From an uncultured Deferribacteres bacterium (lineage in GTDB: Bacteria > Zhuqueibacterota > Zhuqueibacteria > Zhuqueibacterales > Geothermadaptataceae), in NCBI GenBank assembly GCA_964014485.1, contig CAXHAT010000027.1, forward strand, positions 1 to 51,382: DNA of 51,382 bases, in the 5' to 3' direction. The notes under the pieces were generated by a model. That model did not search any database. It was not told the origin of the DNA and was given only the letters and a program-made list of their open reading frames with translations. A program made the position numbers and the translations under genes. Position 1 is the stretch's first letter. The number at the start of each line of letters is the position of its first letter. Of this stretch, positions 39,642 to 48,583 are shown piece by piece.

Positions 39642-39815
39642 CTGATGTTACGCACTCTTGAAAATTTTTTAAGCAGCACCAGAGAAAGTCGCTTTTACGT
39701 CATTCCCGCGCAGGCGGGAATCCAGTCAATCGTGCGTAGCCCCTGGATTCCCGCCTGCGCGGGAATGACTTTAACAGAAGTGTTTTTTGGCTTCATAGTT
39801 GGCACGTAACATCAG
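39642..39815. mobile_element. MITE copy 4 (174 bp) with intact CGTC-type REP doublet
   Basis: Perfect TIR CTGATGTTACG/CGTAACATCAG; exact 7-bp TSD TTATAAA; internal perfect 27-bp inverted repeat GTCATTCCCGCGCAGGCGGGAATCCAG. Confidence 0.88.
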
Positions 39816-41168
39816 TTATAAAGAAGGCTGCACGGAGCAGAGTCTTTGGGCTTCGCTTTTTTCCGCTGCACCGAAAAAGGCGTTTTGAGCCAGGGCTTTT
39901 TTCATGCAGGCTTGCGCTTTTGCCAAGTTCCCCGCCGCCTGAAAGATTTTCCCGGCGTGGTAGAACGTCATCGATCCGGCGTCAGGGCGGGAGACGGCGA
40001 TTGCAATATATTTTTGCGCTTTTTCGAGATCATTGTTTGCCAGCCAAGCGCGGGCTAAAATTTCATATGCGCCCGTATCCTGCCGGATTTTAAAATCTTC
40101 TTTCGCCAACTGCAGCGCTTGTTCACTTTCCCGATCTACGCTCAAATAAAAATCAGCCAATTCTCGAAAATAGGCAATTCGCCCGGCTTCTACGTGGCTT
40201 CGCAGCGCTCGTTCCGCAATCGCGTCGAGCGTGTCCGCGAAAGCGTGTTCGTTGCGAGCGCGCTTCACCTCAGCCCAGGCGCGAGCGAAAACAGGTTCTG
40301 GGCGAATTTGGAAAACGCGTGCGTAGAGTTGATCGGCTTTTTCATAATTTTGCAAAAGACTATTCGCTTCAGCGAGATGCTCCAGCGCAAAATAATCTTC
40401 CGGTGAATCCGAAACCACAATTTCCAAAGTGTTGATCGCCTCGGATAAATTCCCCTGACCCATTTCAAAGGCGGCGAGCATGACTTCCGCCCAATTGCGG
40501 CGCGAGTCTTCAGGGGCGAGAAAAGTTTTGGCTTGCTGCATCAAACGAATTGCGTCATCAGAATTGCCCAATGCGTCCTGCGCGCGAGCGAGGCGGACGA
40601 GTGCGTCAAATCCGCGATTGATTTCCGCCATTTGTTCGTAAGCTTTGCGCGCTTCATCAAGGTTGCCCAGCTCAAAAAGCGCATCGCCGAGACCGCCGTA
40701 GCCGCGTGCATCGTTTGGGTGTTCCAAAACCATTTTGCGCGCACTTCTGAGCATATCGCTGAATTGGTGTTGGTACAAATGAATGTTGATCGCCGCCCAA
40801 AGCGTTTCCGGATTTTTCGCGTCTATTCTTTGCGCTTTTGCGAGTGCGCTTTCTGCGGAAGAAACGTCGTTCCAATCGCCGACGAGACGTGCGCGCGATA
40901 AGTAGGATAGCGCCAATTTTCCATATCCGCTTGCACCGCCAGTGCGCAACGCCTGGATTTCCTGAATTTTAATGTTGCGATTGATTGCGTCCAATGAACT
41001 GGAAAACAACGGTTGAGAAACGATGGAGAGAAAGAGAAAAGTCAGAATCGTTCTGACGATTAGCTGTCGTCGCGCCGCCAGTCTTGTTGTTCTGCCGCAA
41101 TCATCTGAAGTGGCGGGCGTTGAACGCTGGATATGTTTTTGGGAAAAGAGTGGTTTTTTGCCGCGCAT
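39816..41168 (-). CDS. TPR-repeat protein (DUF4331-associated)
   Basis: Multiple TPRs; LGDALFELG motif; N-terminal hydrophobic segment; directly downstream of the DUF4331 gene. Confidence 0.8.
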   Translation of the reverse strand: MRGKKPLFSQKHIQRSTPATSDDCGRTTRLAARRQLIVRTILTFLFLSIVSQPLFSSSLDAINRNIKIQEIQALRTGGASGYGKLALSYLSRARLVGDWNDVSSAESALAKAQRIDAKNPETLWAAINIHLYQHQFSDMLRSARKMVLEHPNDARGYGGLGDALFELGNLDEARKAYEQMAEINRGFDALVRLARAQDALGNSDDAIRLMQQAKTFLAPEDSRRNWAEVMLAAFEMGQGNLSEAINTLEIVVSDSPEDYFALEHLAEANSLLQNYEKADQLYARVFQIRPEPVFARAWAEVKRARNEHAFADTLDAIAERALRSHVEAGRIAYFRELADFYLSVDRESEQALQLAKEDFKIRQDTGAYEILARAWLANNDLEKAQKYIAIAVSRPDAGSMTFYHAGKIFQAAGNLAKAQACMKKALAQNAFFGAAEKSEAQRLCSVQPSL

Positions 41169-41198
41169 GATAAATTCTCCGAAATGAAATTGTGGTGT

Positions 41199-41226
41199 GT
41201 AGAGACGCGATGCGGCGCGTCTCTAC
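41199..41226. repeat. GTAG-type REP palindrome
   Basis: GTAGAGACGCGATGCGGCGCGTCTCTAC. Confidence 0.65.
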
Positions 41227-41235
41227 TATACGGCC

Positions 41236-42420
41236 TTATTTTAATAAAGACATGCGGCGCACGCTGGAAAAGGCGCGTTGGCCGCGTGAGTTGGTGATTT
41301 CAATACGATAAATGTAGATGCCGGAAGCGACAGCGAGGCCATTGTTGTCCCGCGCATTCCACTGGATTGTGTGCGTACCGGCGGATTGCACGCCGTTAAC
41401 GAGCGTTCTGATTTCTCGCCCAAGCAGGTCGAAAACACGCAGCGTGACAACGCCGTCCTGCGGCAATGCGTACTGGATGTTGGTCGTTGGATTGAACGGA
41501 TTCGGGTAGGCTTGTTCCAAAGCAAAATTCGTCGGCAGCGCCTGCAGTTGTTCTTCAGCATTCTCAACAACCGCTTTAGCCAATTGATGCGGGGGAGCCA
41601 GGTACGGAAATTTGTTTAAAAACGGCACGTCATTGGCGTCAACATTATCAGTGCCGCCGCCGAGCAGGCTGAGAGAAATATCGATCACGTCGTCCTGCAA
41701 TCTTCTGCCGTTGGCGTAGCCGGAAGGCTGGGAAACGTCGATGGTGAGAATATCCGGCACGAGAAATTCTACGCCGGACGGAATAAACTGCGACCATTTG
41801 GCGACGTCGTCTTTTGGACGGGTGCGGTTAAAATCATCCTTGCTGCCCGTCGGGATAAAAAGCGTGTTGATCGCCGCACGTCCCATCCTGTCGACCACAC
41901 CGACGCGGAATTTTTGCGTCACGGCAAAAACGCCGATGTTCGGGCCGTCCGGGGTTATTTTGCTCAACGGCACTTCCACAACGATGGCGGCGACGTTGGC
42001 TCCGGCGAACGTGTCTTCGCCCAGCGGACCGCCGGAAAGCAGGTCGAGGTCGAAAAAGAAAGGATCGTCGCGAACGCCGGCGAATTTTTTCTTGACGTGG
42101 CGGCGCAAATTGCCGCGCAGCACGATTTTTCCTTTAATCACATTGACGCTTAGACGATAATCCTGTTTAGCGTCGCCGTCGGAATCGATGAAAAAACTAT
42201 ACGTGACGAAGGGATCGAAGGGGGCGGTTCCGGGCGTGAGAAAAGGATTGACGGTCATCGCCATGACCAGATTTTTGCCGTTGACGAAGGCGTAAAGATC
42301 GTTGATGTCGGCTGCGGGATTCGCTTGCGCCAAAGGGGCTTCGCCGTGGTCGGCGGTCATAGCGGCGGTTGTGAGACCAAGCGCAACGAACGCGCTGAGA
42401 AAGAGTCGCATGAATTTCAT
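41236..42420 (-). CDS. DUF4331-family protein fused to T9SS/FlgD C-terminal domain
   Basis: ADHGEAP, DINDLYAF, RDDPFFFD, DRMGRAAINT, NGRRLQDDVID and FPYLAPP motifs, then QAYPNPFNP CTD. Confidence 0.85.
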   Translation of the reverse strand: MKFMRLFLSAFVALGLTTAAMTADHGEAPLAQANPAADINDLYAFVNGKNLVMAMTVNPFLTPGTAPFDPFVTYSFFIDSDGDAKQDYRLSVNVIKGKIVLRGNLRRHVKKKFAGVRDDPFFFDLDLLSGGPLGEDTFAGANVAAIVVEVPLSKITPDGPNIGVFAVTQKFRVGVVDRMGRAAINTLFIPTGSKDDFNRTRPKDDVAKWSQFIPSGVEFLVPDILTIDVSQPSGYANGRRLQDDVIDISLSLLGGGTDNVDANDVPFLNKFPYLAPPHQLAKAVVENAEEQLQALPTNFALEQAYPNPFNPTTNIQYALPQDGVVTLRVFDLLGREIRTLVNGVQSAGTHTIQWNARDNNGLAVASGIYIYRIEITNSRGQRAFSSVRRMSLLK

Positions 42421-42488
42421 TGCTCACTCTCCTTGGAAAAGGTTTTCAGGAAATGAATTTGTTAAACAGGCCTGTGTTATGGTGGAAT

Positions 42489-42513
42489 TACGAACGAAAG
42501 AGACAATCGGATT
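42489..42513 (-). promoter_or_regulatory. Putative ECF-dependent promoter of the DUF4331 operon
   Basis: Minus strand AATCC-N16-CGTA, resembling SigK/RpoT-type (ECF18/19) promoters. Confidence 0.4.
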
Positions 42514-42668
42514 TCTTGTGACGAAATTTCTTCAAAGGAGTACGCAACCCCGTTGATTTTAATGAATTAGGCTTGCAATTTTCTAGATGTTTGCCTACTC
42601 TTTGCCGCACGATTTTTATGAATTTCCTCAAAATTCTATCGCCTTTTGTTAAATAAAGAGTATTCAAA

Positions 42669-45600
42669 ATGAAGAATGGCCAGAACGAGAATGGAGACCC
42701 GCTAAAACGGGAACAGCCGCAAACCCTCGGCCCGAATGCGTGGCTGATCGACGAGATGTTTCGGCAGTTCCAGGAAAGTCCGGAATCGGTCGGGGAAAAT
42801 TGGCGCGACTTTTTTGAAGATTATCGCCCCGCCGTTTCTCATGAAAGCGCCGGCAGCGTTATGCCCGCCGCGGTTGAAGACGTTTCGTTGGTTGAGAAAC
42901 CGGCAAAGGCTCCGCAACCCAAAGCGGTTTCAAAACTCCCGGAAAATGCGCAGCCGATGCGCGGGCCGGCGGCAAGAATCGTTGAGAACATGGAGCAAAG
43001 CCGCGAGATTCCGACCGCAACTTCGACACGGGTTGTGCCTGTAAAAATTCTGGAAGAAAACCGGCGCTTGATCAACGAACACCAGCTTAACGCAAGCCAA
43101 CCGAAGGTGAGTTTTACCCACGTTATCGCCTGGGGAATTTTGAAAGCGTTAGAAAAAATCCCGGCGATGACCGGGTCTTACGTTTTTCATGAAAACCAGC
43201 CCTACAAAGTTATCCCCGAGCATATCAATTTTGGCCTGGCGGTCGATGTTGAAAAAAAAGACGGTTCGCGCTCTCTGATGGTGCCAAACATCAAGGCTTC
43301 GGAGCAATACGACTTTCTCGGCTTTTTTACCCAGTACAACGAAATTTTGCGCAAGGTGCGCACCAATAAAATCGACGTTGATGATTTTATGGGCACTACG
43401 CTTACGCTGACAAATCCCGGCATGATCGGCACGGTTCACTCGATTCCGCGCTTGATGCAAGGGCAAGGATTGATCGTCGCGGCGGGCGCGATCCAGTACC
43501 CGCCGGAATGGCAAAACGCCGACGCGCTGACCATTGCGAGACTGGGAATCAGCAAAGTGATGATGGTGAGCAGCACCTATGATCACCGGGTGATTCAAGG
43601 CGCGGAGAGCGGGTTGTTCCTGCAATATTTCGATAAGTTTTTACAAGGCGAGGACGGCTTTTACGAAAATATTTTTGACAGTCTGAAAATTCCTTACCGC
43701 GTGATGAAGTCTTCGCGCGATATGAACGCCGCGTTTGACGGCGCGGGCATATCGGCGGAAATTCAAAAGCAGGCGCGCGTGCTGCAATTGATCAACATGT
43801 ACCGCGTGCGGGGGCATCTGATCGCGAACTTGAACCCGTTGAGCACGGAAGTTAAAACGCATTCCGAGCTTGAGCCGGAACGTTACGGTCTGACGATGTG
43901 GGATTTTGACCGTGAGTTTTTAACCGGCGGCCTCGGCGGAATGGAACGCGCAACACTGCGCGTGATTCTGGACACGCTGCGCGACGCTTATTGTCGGACG
44001 ATTGGGGTTGAATACATGCACATCCAGGAGCCGGATCAAAAGGAGTGGATTCAGGAGAAAGTCGAAGGCGTTGCACGTTCGGAATGGCATACTCTTGAGG
44101 CCAAAAAACGTATTTTAATGAAATTGACCGACGCCGATGCTTTTGAACGTTTTCTACACACAAAATATGTCGGCCACAAGCGCTTCAGTCTGGAAGGTTC
44201 GGAATCGCTGATCCCGATGGTCGACGCAGCGGTCGATTCAGCGGCGAACAACGGCGTGCGGGAAGTTGTCGTCGGCATGGCGCACCGCGGACGGTTAAAC
44301 GTTCTGGCGAATGTAATGAGCAAAAGCTACGAGAAAATTTTTCGTGAATTCGACGGCGATATCGATCCGGCGAGCGAACATGGTTCCGGTGATGTAAAAT
44401 ATCATTTGGGCGCGGAAGGTCTGTACAAGACGCCGAAAAACAACGAAATTAAGCTCACGCTCGCCTCTAATCCCAGCCATCTCGAAGCGGTTGATCCTGT
44501 TGTGGAAGGCATGACGCGCGCACGGCAAGATGAATTTGAAGAAAACGACTTTGCCCAGGTGATGCCGCTCCTAATCCACGGGGACGCCGCTTTTGCCGGG
44601 CAGGGCGTTGTTGCGGAGACATTGAATCTCAGCCAGTTGCGCGGCTATCGAACGGGAGGCACGATTCATATCGTCGTGAACAATGGCATCGGTTTTACGA
44701 CGGAGGCAAGAGACGCGCGTTCGTCAATCTACGCAACCGACGTGGCCAAAATGGTGCAAGCGCCGATTTTTCATGTCAACGGCGACGATCCGGAGGCGTG
44801 CGTTCGCGTGATCGAAATCGCCGTCGCGTTCAGGCAGACTTTCAATAAAGACGTCGTCGTCGATATGATCAGCTATCGGCGACACGGACATAATGAAGGA
44901 GACGAGCCGAGCTATACGCAGCCGCAAATGTATCGCATTATTAAGGAAAAACGTCCGGTCAGAAAGCTTTATACTGAGACGTTGCTCAAGCGCGGCGACA
45001 TCACGATCGACGAAGCGGAGCAGGCGCTTGCGGCGTTTCACGCACAGTTGGAACAGGCGTTTTCGGCGACAAAGGACAGCGCGCCCAAAGAATTGAAGCC
45101 GCCGACAGGCATTCCCGGAGAACGCCTCGAACCTGTGCTCGAGACCGGCGTTTCGCAGGAAATTCTTGATGAAATCATGCACGCGCTAGCGAATCCTGCC
45201 GCAGGTTTCAACGTGCATCCCAAGCTTGCGCGACAATTGCAGGCGAGAAATAAAATGTATGAAGCGGGGTATGCAGACTGGGCTTTGGCGGAAGCTTTGA
45301 GCTTTGGAGCGCTTTTGGTTGAAGGAACGCCGGTGCGCCTCTCAGGACAAGATTCGCGTCGCGGAACCTTCAGCCATCGGCATTCAGTTTTGGTCGATTA
45401 CGAAAGAAACGAAGACTACGTGCCCTTAAATTTCATTCGCGAAGATCAGGCCGCCTACACTGCGATTGACAGTCTGCTGAGCGAGTATGCGGTGCTCGGC
45501 TTTGAGTATGGCTACTCAGTGATCAGATCGGATACGCTAGTTTTGTGGGAAGCGCAATTCGGAGATTTTGTGAACGGCGCTCAGGTCATCATTGACCAAT

Positions 45601-46292
45601 TCATCTCTTCGGCGGAAGACAAGTGGAACCAAAAAAGCAGACTTGTTATGCTGCTGCCGCACGGTTTTGAAGGCCAGGGGCCGGAGCACTCCAGCGCCCG
45701 TCTGGAGCGGTTCCTGACCCTTTGCGCCGAGTATAACATGCGCGTGGTTTTTCCGACGACTTCCGCGCAATATTTTCACCTGCTTCGCCGGCAAATGCTG
45801 CTCGATGAAGCGAAGCCGCTTATCGTCATGACGCCCAAAAGCCTGTTGCGTTCCGAGTCGTCGCGCAGTGAAGTCTCAAGCATCGTAAACGGGCGTTTCG
45901 AATTTTTGCTTGACGACCCGGCGCCGCCGGAAAACCCAAAACGTCTGCTTTTCTGTACCGGAAAAGTCGCCTATGATCTTTTGGCTTATCGCGATGCGCA
46001 GAAAATTGATGACACGGCGATTGTTCGGGTTGAGCAACTCTATCCTTTCCCTTACGAGCCGATGCGGGAAATCCTGGCTAAGTACCCGAACGCTCTGGAT
46101 GTGCGATGGGTGCAGGAAGAGCCGCGAAACATGGGGGCCTGGTACTTTGTGCTCGCACGCATGGACGACGTTTTGACTGAAAGACATCATCTGGATTATA
46201 TCGCACGTTTTTCGAGCGGCAGTCCTGCGGCGGGGAGCCAACTCGTGCATGAAGTTGAGCAAAAAGACTTGGTCGCACGCTCCTTTCAATAA
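42669..46292 (+). CDS. kgd: Multifunctional 2-oxoglutarate decarboxylase/dehydrogenase (E2 acyltransferase domain fused to E1)
   Basis: TYDHRVIQGAESG (E2 domain) followed by GMAHRGRLN, HGDAAFAGQG (ThDP binding) and LPHGFEGQGPEHSSAR; 1207 aa. Confidence 0.93.
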   Translation: MKNGQNENGDPLKREQPQTLGPNAWLIDEMFRQFQESPESVGENWRDFFEDYRPAVSHESAGSVMPAAVEDVSLVEKPAKAPQPKAVSKLPENAQPMRGPAARIVENMEQSREIPTATSTRVVPVKILEENRRLINEHQLNASQPKVSFTHVIAWGILKALEKIPAMTGSYVFHENQPYKVIPEHINFGLAVDVEKKDGSRSLMVPNIKASEQYDFLGFFTQYNEILRKVRTNKIDVDDFMGTTLTLTNPGMIGTVHSIPRLMQGQGLIVAAGAIQYPPEWQNADALTIARLGISKVMMVSSTYDHRVIQGAESGLFLQYFDKFLQGEDGFYENIFDSLKIPYRVMKSSRDMNAAFDGAGISAEIQKQARVLQLINMYRVRGHLIANLNPLSTEVKTHSELEPERYGLTMWDFDREFLTGGLGGMERATLRVILDTLRDAYCRTIGVEYMHIQEPDQKEWIQEKVEGVARSEWHTLEAKKRILMKLTDADAFERFLHTKYVGHKRFSLEGSESLIPMVDAAVDSAANNGVREVVVGMAHRGRLNVLANVMSKSYEKIFREFDGDIDPASEHGSGDVKYHLGAEGLYKTPKNNEIKLTLASNPSHLEAVDPVVEGMTRARQDEFEENDFAQVMPLLIHGDAAFAGQGVVAETLNLSQLRGYRTGGTIHIVVNNGIGFTTEARDARSSIYATDVAKMVQAPIFHVNGDDPEACVRVIEIAVAFRQTFNKDVVVDMISYRRHGHNEGDEPSYTQPQMYRIIKEKRPVRKLYTETLLKRGDITIDEAEQALAAFHAQLEQAFSATKDSAPKELKPPTGIPGERLEPVLETGVSQEILDEIMHALANPAAGFNVHPKLARQLQARNKMYEAGYADWALAEALSFGALLVEGTPVRLSGQDSRRGTFSHRHSVLVDYERNEDYVPLNFIREDQAAYTAIDSLLSEYAVLGFEYGYSVIRSDTLVLWEAQFGDFVNGAQVIIDQFISSAEDKWNQKSRLVMLLPHGFEGQGPEHSSARLERFLTLCAEYNMRVVFPTTSAQYFHLLRRQMLLDEAKPLIVMTPKSLLRSESSRSEVSSIVNGRFEFLLDDPAPPENPKRLLFCTGKVAYDLLAYRDAQKIDDTAIVRVEQLYPFPYEPMREILAKYPNALDVRWVQEEPRNMGAWYFVLARMDDVLTERHHLDYIARFSSGSPAAGSQLVHEVEQKDLVARSFQ

Positions 46293-46333
46293 TTCTATCG
46301 CAAGACGGGGGACTCGGCGACTATCATTAGACG

Positions 46334-46408
46334 AGGGGTTCAAGATTTTGAACCCCCACGACATGTTGTATGCCTCGCATTCAGAGACCATGTTTTGGAC
46401 AGCCATCG
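46334..46408. repeat. Intergenic palindromic repeat (AGGGGTTCAA..TTGAACCCC family), copy 2
   Basis: AGGGGTTCAAGATTTTGAACCCCCACGACATGTTG plus tail GTATGCCTCGCATTCAGAGACCATGTTTTGGAC similar to 12503-12544. Confidence 0.6.
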
Positions 46409-46751
46409 CTTTATTTTTTCGAGATTGATTTCTCCTCATTCCGGCCAAACACTCCTGCTTTTTTCGAGCGTGGGATCACAACCTTTCCATCAAAAGCCCA
46501 AATTTTTAAGAATTATTAAAATCAGCCCCAACTTTGTGGGAAATTCTTAAGATTCCACCCACTTAACGAATATGAAGCATGACGTTGTTTAAACGGATTG
46601 CATTTGGATTTTAGAAAATCTGCATTAGCGTATGAAACGCAACGGAAAGCATGCCGCTTTGCGCGTGCGAATAACCGTTGAATATAGTTTCTGATTTGTA
46701 GGCTTAGTTGAAAAGCCTCATCTTTATGAAGAAAGATTACCGGTAAGAATT

Positions 46752-47939
46752 ATGCAAATCGTACTCACAGTTGACGGCGGAACGCCGCGATATTTTTCAT
46801 CCGAAAAAATACTCATTGGCCGCAGGAAAACGAATGATCTTGTTTTGACGGAACGCGCCGTATCCGGCGTGCATGCCGTGATTACGCGAGAAGAAGCCGG
46901 GTTTGTGATCACCGATCTCAGTACGAACGGGACAATGCTGAATGGCGGGAAGCTCGAAAAAAATAACCCGCGCACTTTGATGGAAAGCGACGCCATTCGA
47001 ATTATTGAGCATGAGATTGTCATCGGTTTCAAGGATGACTCCGTTATTCCCGAAACAAATCCCTTGGCTGAATCGGTCGATCAACTGGGCAACGCGCTGT
47101 TGAGCGTCAGATCGGAATTCGATGGCGTTGAGCGCGGGAAAGCGTCGCAGTACTTGCAGGAAGCGTGGAGTGACGTGTCAAAGAAACGGAACCTGAACGG
47201 CGCTATAGACGAAATTTGCAACGAGCTTTTTGAGTTGCCGTCCGCTTCGGGCTTAAAGCCGCCGACGGAAGATATTTCAGCCAGAGAGCACGACTATCAA
47301 GAAAAAATAGAATTATTGGAACGGCAAAAAGTCGAACTCGAGCAGGAGTTGAAGGACGCTGAAGCCAAGATAGAGCGCATAGAGGATGAGAACCGCAAGT
47401 TAAAAGACAAGATAGAAAATTTTATTGATCCACAAAAAATGCCGGTGCGTCTCAATCAGGTCTTGAGCAAGGCGTTGGAGACGTTCTTGAACCTGGAGCT
47501 CGGCAGAATCAACTTCGAGAGCGAGTTCTTCGGCACAACTTTCACCAGCAAAGGAATTCCGCTGTCTTCGCTTTCCGCAATGAACGGCCATCTATTCGAT
47601 CCTCAAGCTGACAAAGAAGTTGTTGCAGAGCGATTGGCGCAATTTGAAGCGCTGGTTGCGGGGATTTTACGTCATCAGCTTGGGCTGCTTCGCGGCTACA
47701 GGATTGCCGTCCGTGAAGGCGTCGTCGAAATTGTCGAACAGCTTTGCCCGGATAATATTGCAAATGAAAAAAATCTTGGGTCAGCGGCGCTTAAACGATT
47801 GCTCGGCGACCCGAAACTGATTCAAACCATCAGAGACAGATGTAAGGAATTTGCCGACGACAAAGCATTGATTGACAATATATTTCTCAAGCATTTTAGG
47901 AGAGGTTATTTCACGAATGAAAAGAATGACAGCAATTAA
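46752..47939 (+). CDS. T6SS-associated FHA domain protein (Fha/TagH-like)
   Basis: FHA motif IGR...VSGVHA...DLSTNGT; coiled coil; TagH-like C-terminal HQLGLLRGY..A..; first gene before tssJKLM. Confidence 0.75.
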   Translation: MQIVLTVDGGTPRYFSSEKILIGRRKTNDLVLTERAVSGVHAVITREEAGFVITDLSTNGTMLNGGKLEKNNPRTLMESDAIRIIEHEIVIGFKDDSVIPETNPLAESVDQLGNALLSVRSEFDGVERGKASQYLQEAWSDVSKKRNLNGAIDEICNELFELPSASGLKPPTEDISAREHDYQEKIELLERQKVELEQELKDAEAKIERIEDENRKLKDKIENFIDPQKMPVRLNQVLSKALETFLNLELGRINFESEFFGTTFTSKGIPLSSLSAMNGHLFDPQADKEVVAERLAQFEALVAGILRHQLGLLRGYRIAVREGVVEIVEQLCPDNIANEKNLGSAALKRLLGDPKLIQTIRDRCKEFADDKALIDNIFLKHFRRGYFTNEKNDSN

Positions 47940-48435
47940 GCAGGGGCTCGTTCGGGGGATTCTTTCGATTTTGGTTTTGGTTGGCGCGAGCGTTTTTCTA
48001 AACGGCTGCGGCGGTGCCAAAGCCTTGAAGATCGGCGTTGTGTGCGAGGGCGACTGCAACAACAACAATCCGGTCGTCACCTGGATATACCAACTGAAAG
48101 ACACGGAAAAATTCATGAGCGAAAGCCGCGAATCGCTGATTCAAGACGGCCAAACGGTTTTGAGCGACGATATTCCAGAAGGCGAGCCGCCCATCAGAAC
48201 GCAGTTGGCTCCGGGAGATACGCTCGTGAAAATTTTTAAGGGTGGGCGCAATAATCGCGAGGGCGTCGTCGAGCTCAAAAAAGAAACAAAATTCATTGGC
48301 GTCGTGGCTGATTTTTTTAGTCCTGATCCGGATAAATGGCGGGCGGTTTTCCCCGTCAAAACAAATCTTGGGAAAAAAATCAAATTGAACGTTCATTTTA
48401 AAAAGAATATGATTTTGCTTGTTCCGAGCAATTAG
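47917..48435 (+). CDS. tssJ: T6SS outer-membrane lipoprotein TssJ
   Basis: Lipobox LNGC; N...PVV..IYQLKD..KF, LAPG and FIGVVADF...KWR motifs; RBS AGGAGAGG. Confidence 0.8.
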   Translation: MKRMTAIKQGLVRGILSILVLVGASVFLNGCGGAKALKIGVVCEGDCNNNNPVVTWIYQLKDTEKFMSESRESLIQDGQTVLSDDIPEGEPPIRTQLAPGDTLVKIFKGGRNNREGVVELKKETKFIGVVADFFSPDPDKWRAVFPVKTNLGKKIKLNVHFKKNMILLVPSN

Positions 48436-48583
48436 TGTGATTTGACAGGTTTTGCCGTTTCATCCTGCCGCATGAAAAAGACTACGGCGTCATCATGCAC
48501 ATCACGCCTGTCGTTAGGTAGGTTTCTCACCACAATTTTTAGTAACTGGTAACCACTTCGATTCTCAAAATACAGGTGCTGCT

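Noticed and set aside
46500..46751. Sigma54 promoter for the T6SS operon
   Set aside because: The best candidate (AAGCATGCCGCTTTGC) lacks the correctly spaced -24 GG.
42669..47939. FHA gene next to kgd as a GarA/OdhI-type regulator
   Set aside because: The protein is 395 aa with a TagH-like C-terminus, overlaps tssJ, and is separated from kgd by about 460 bp; T6SS association explains it better.
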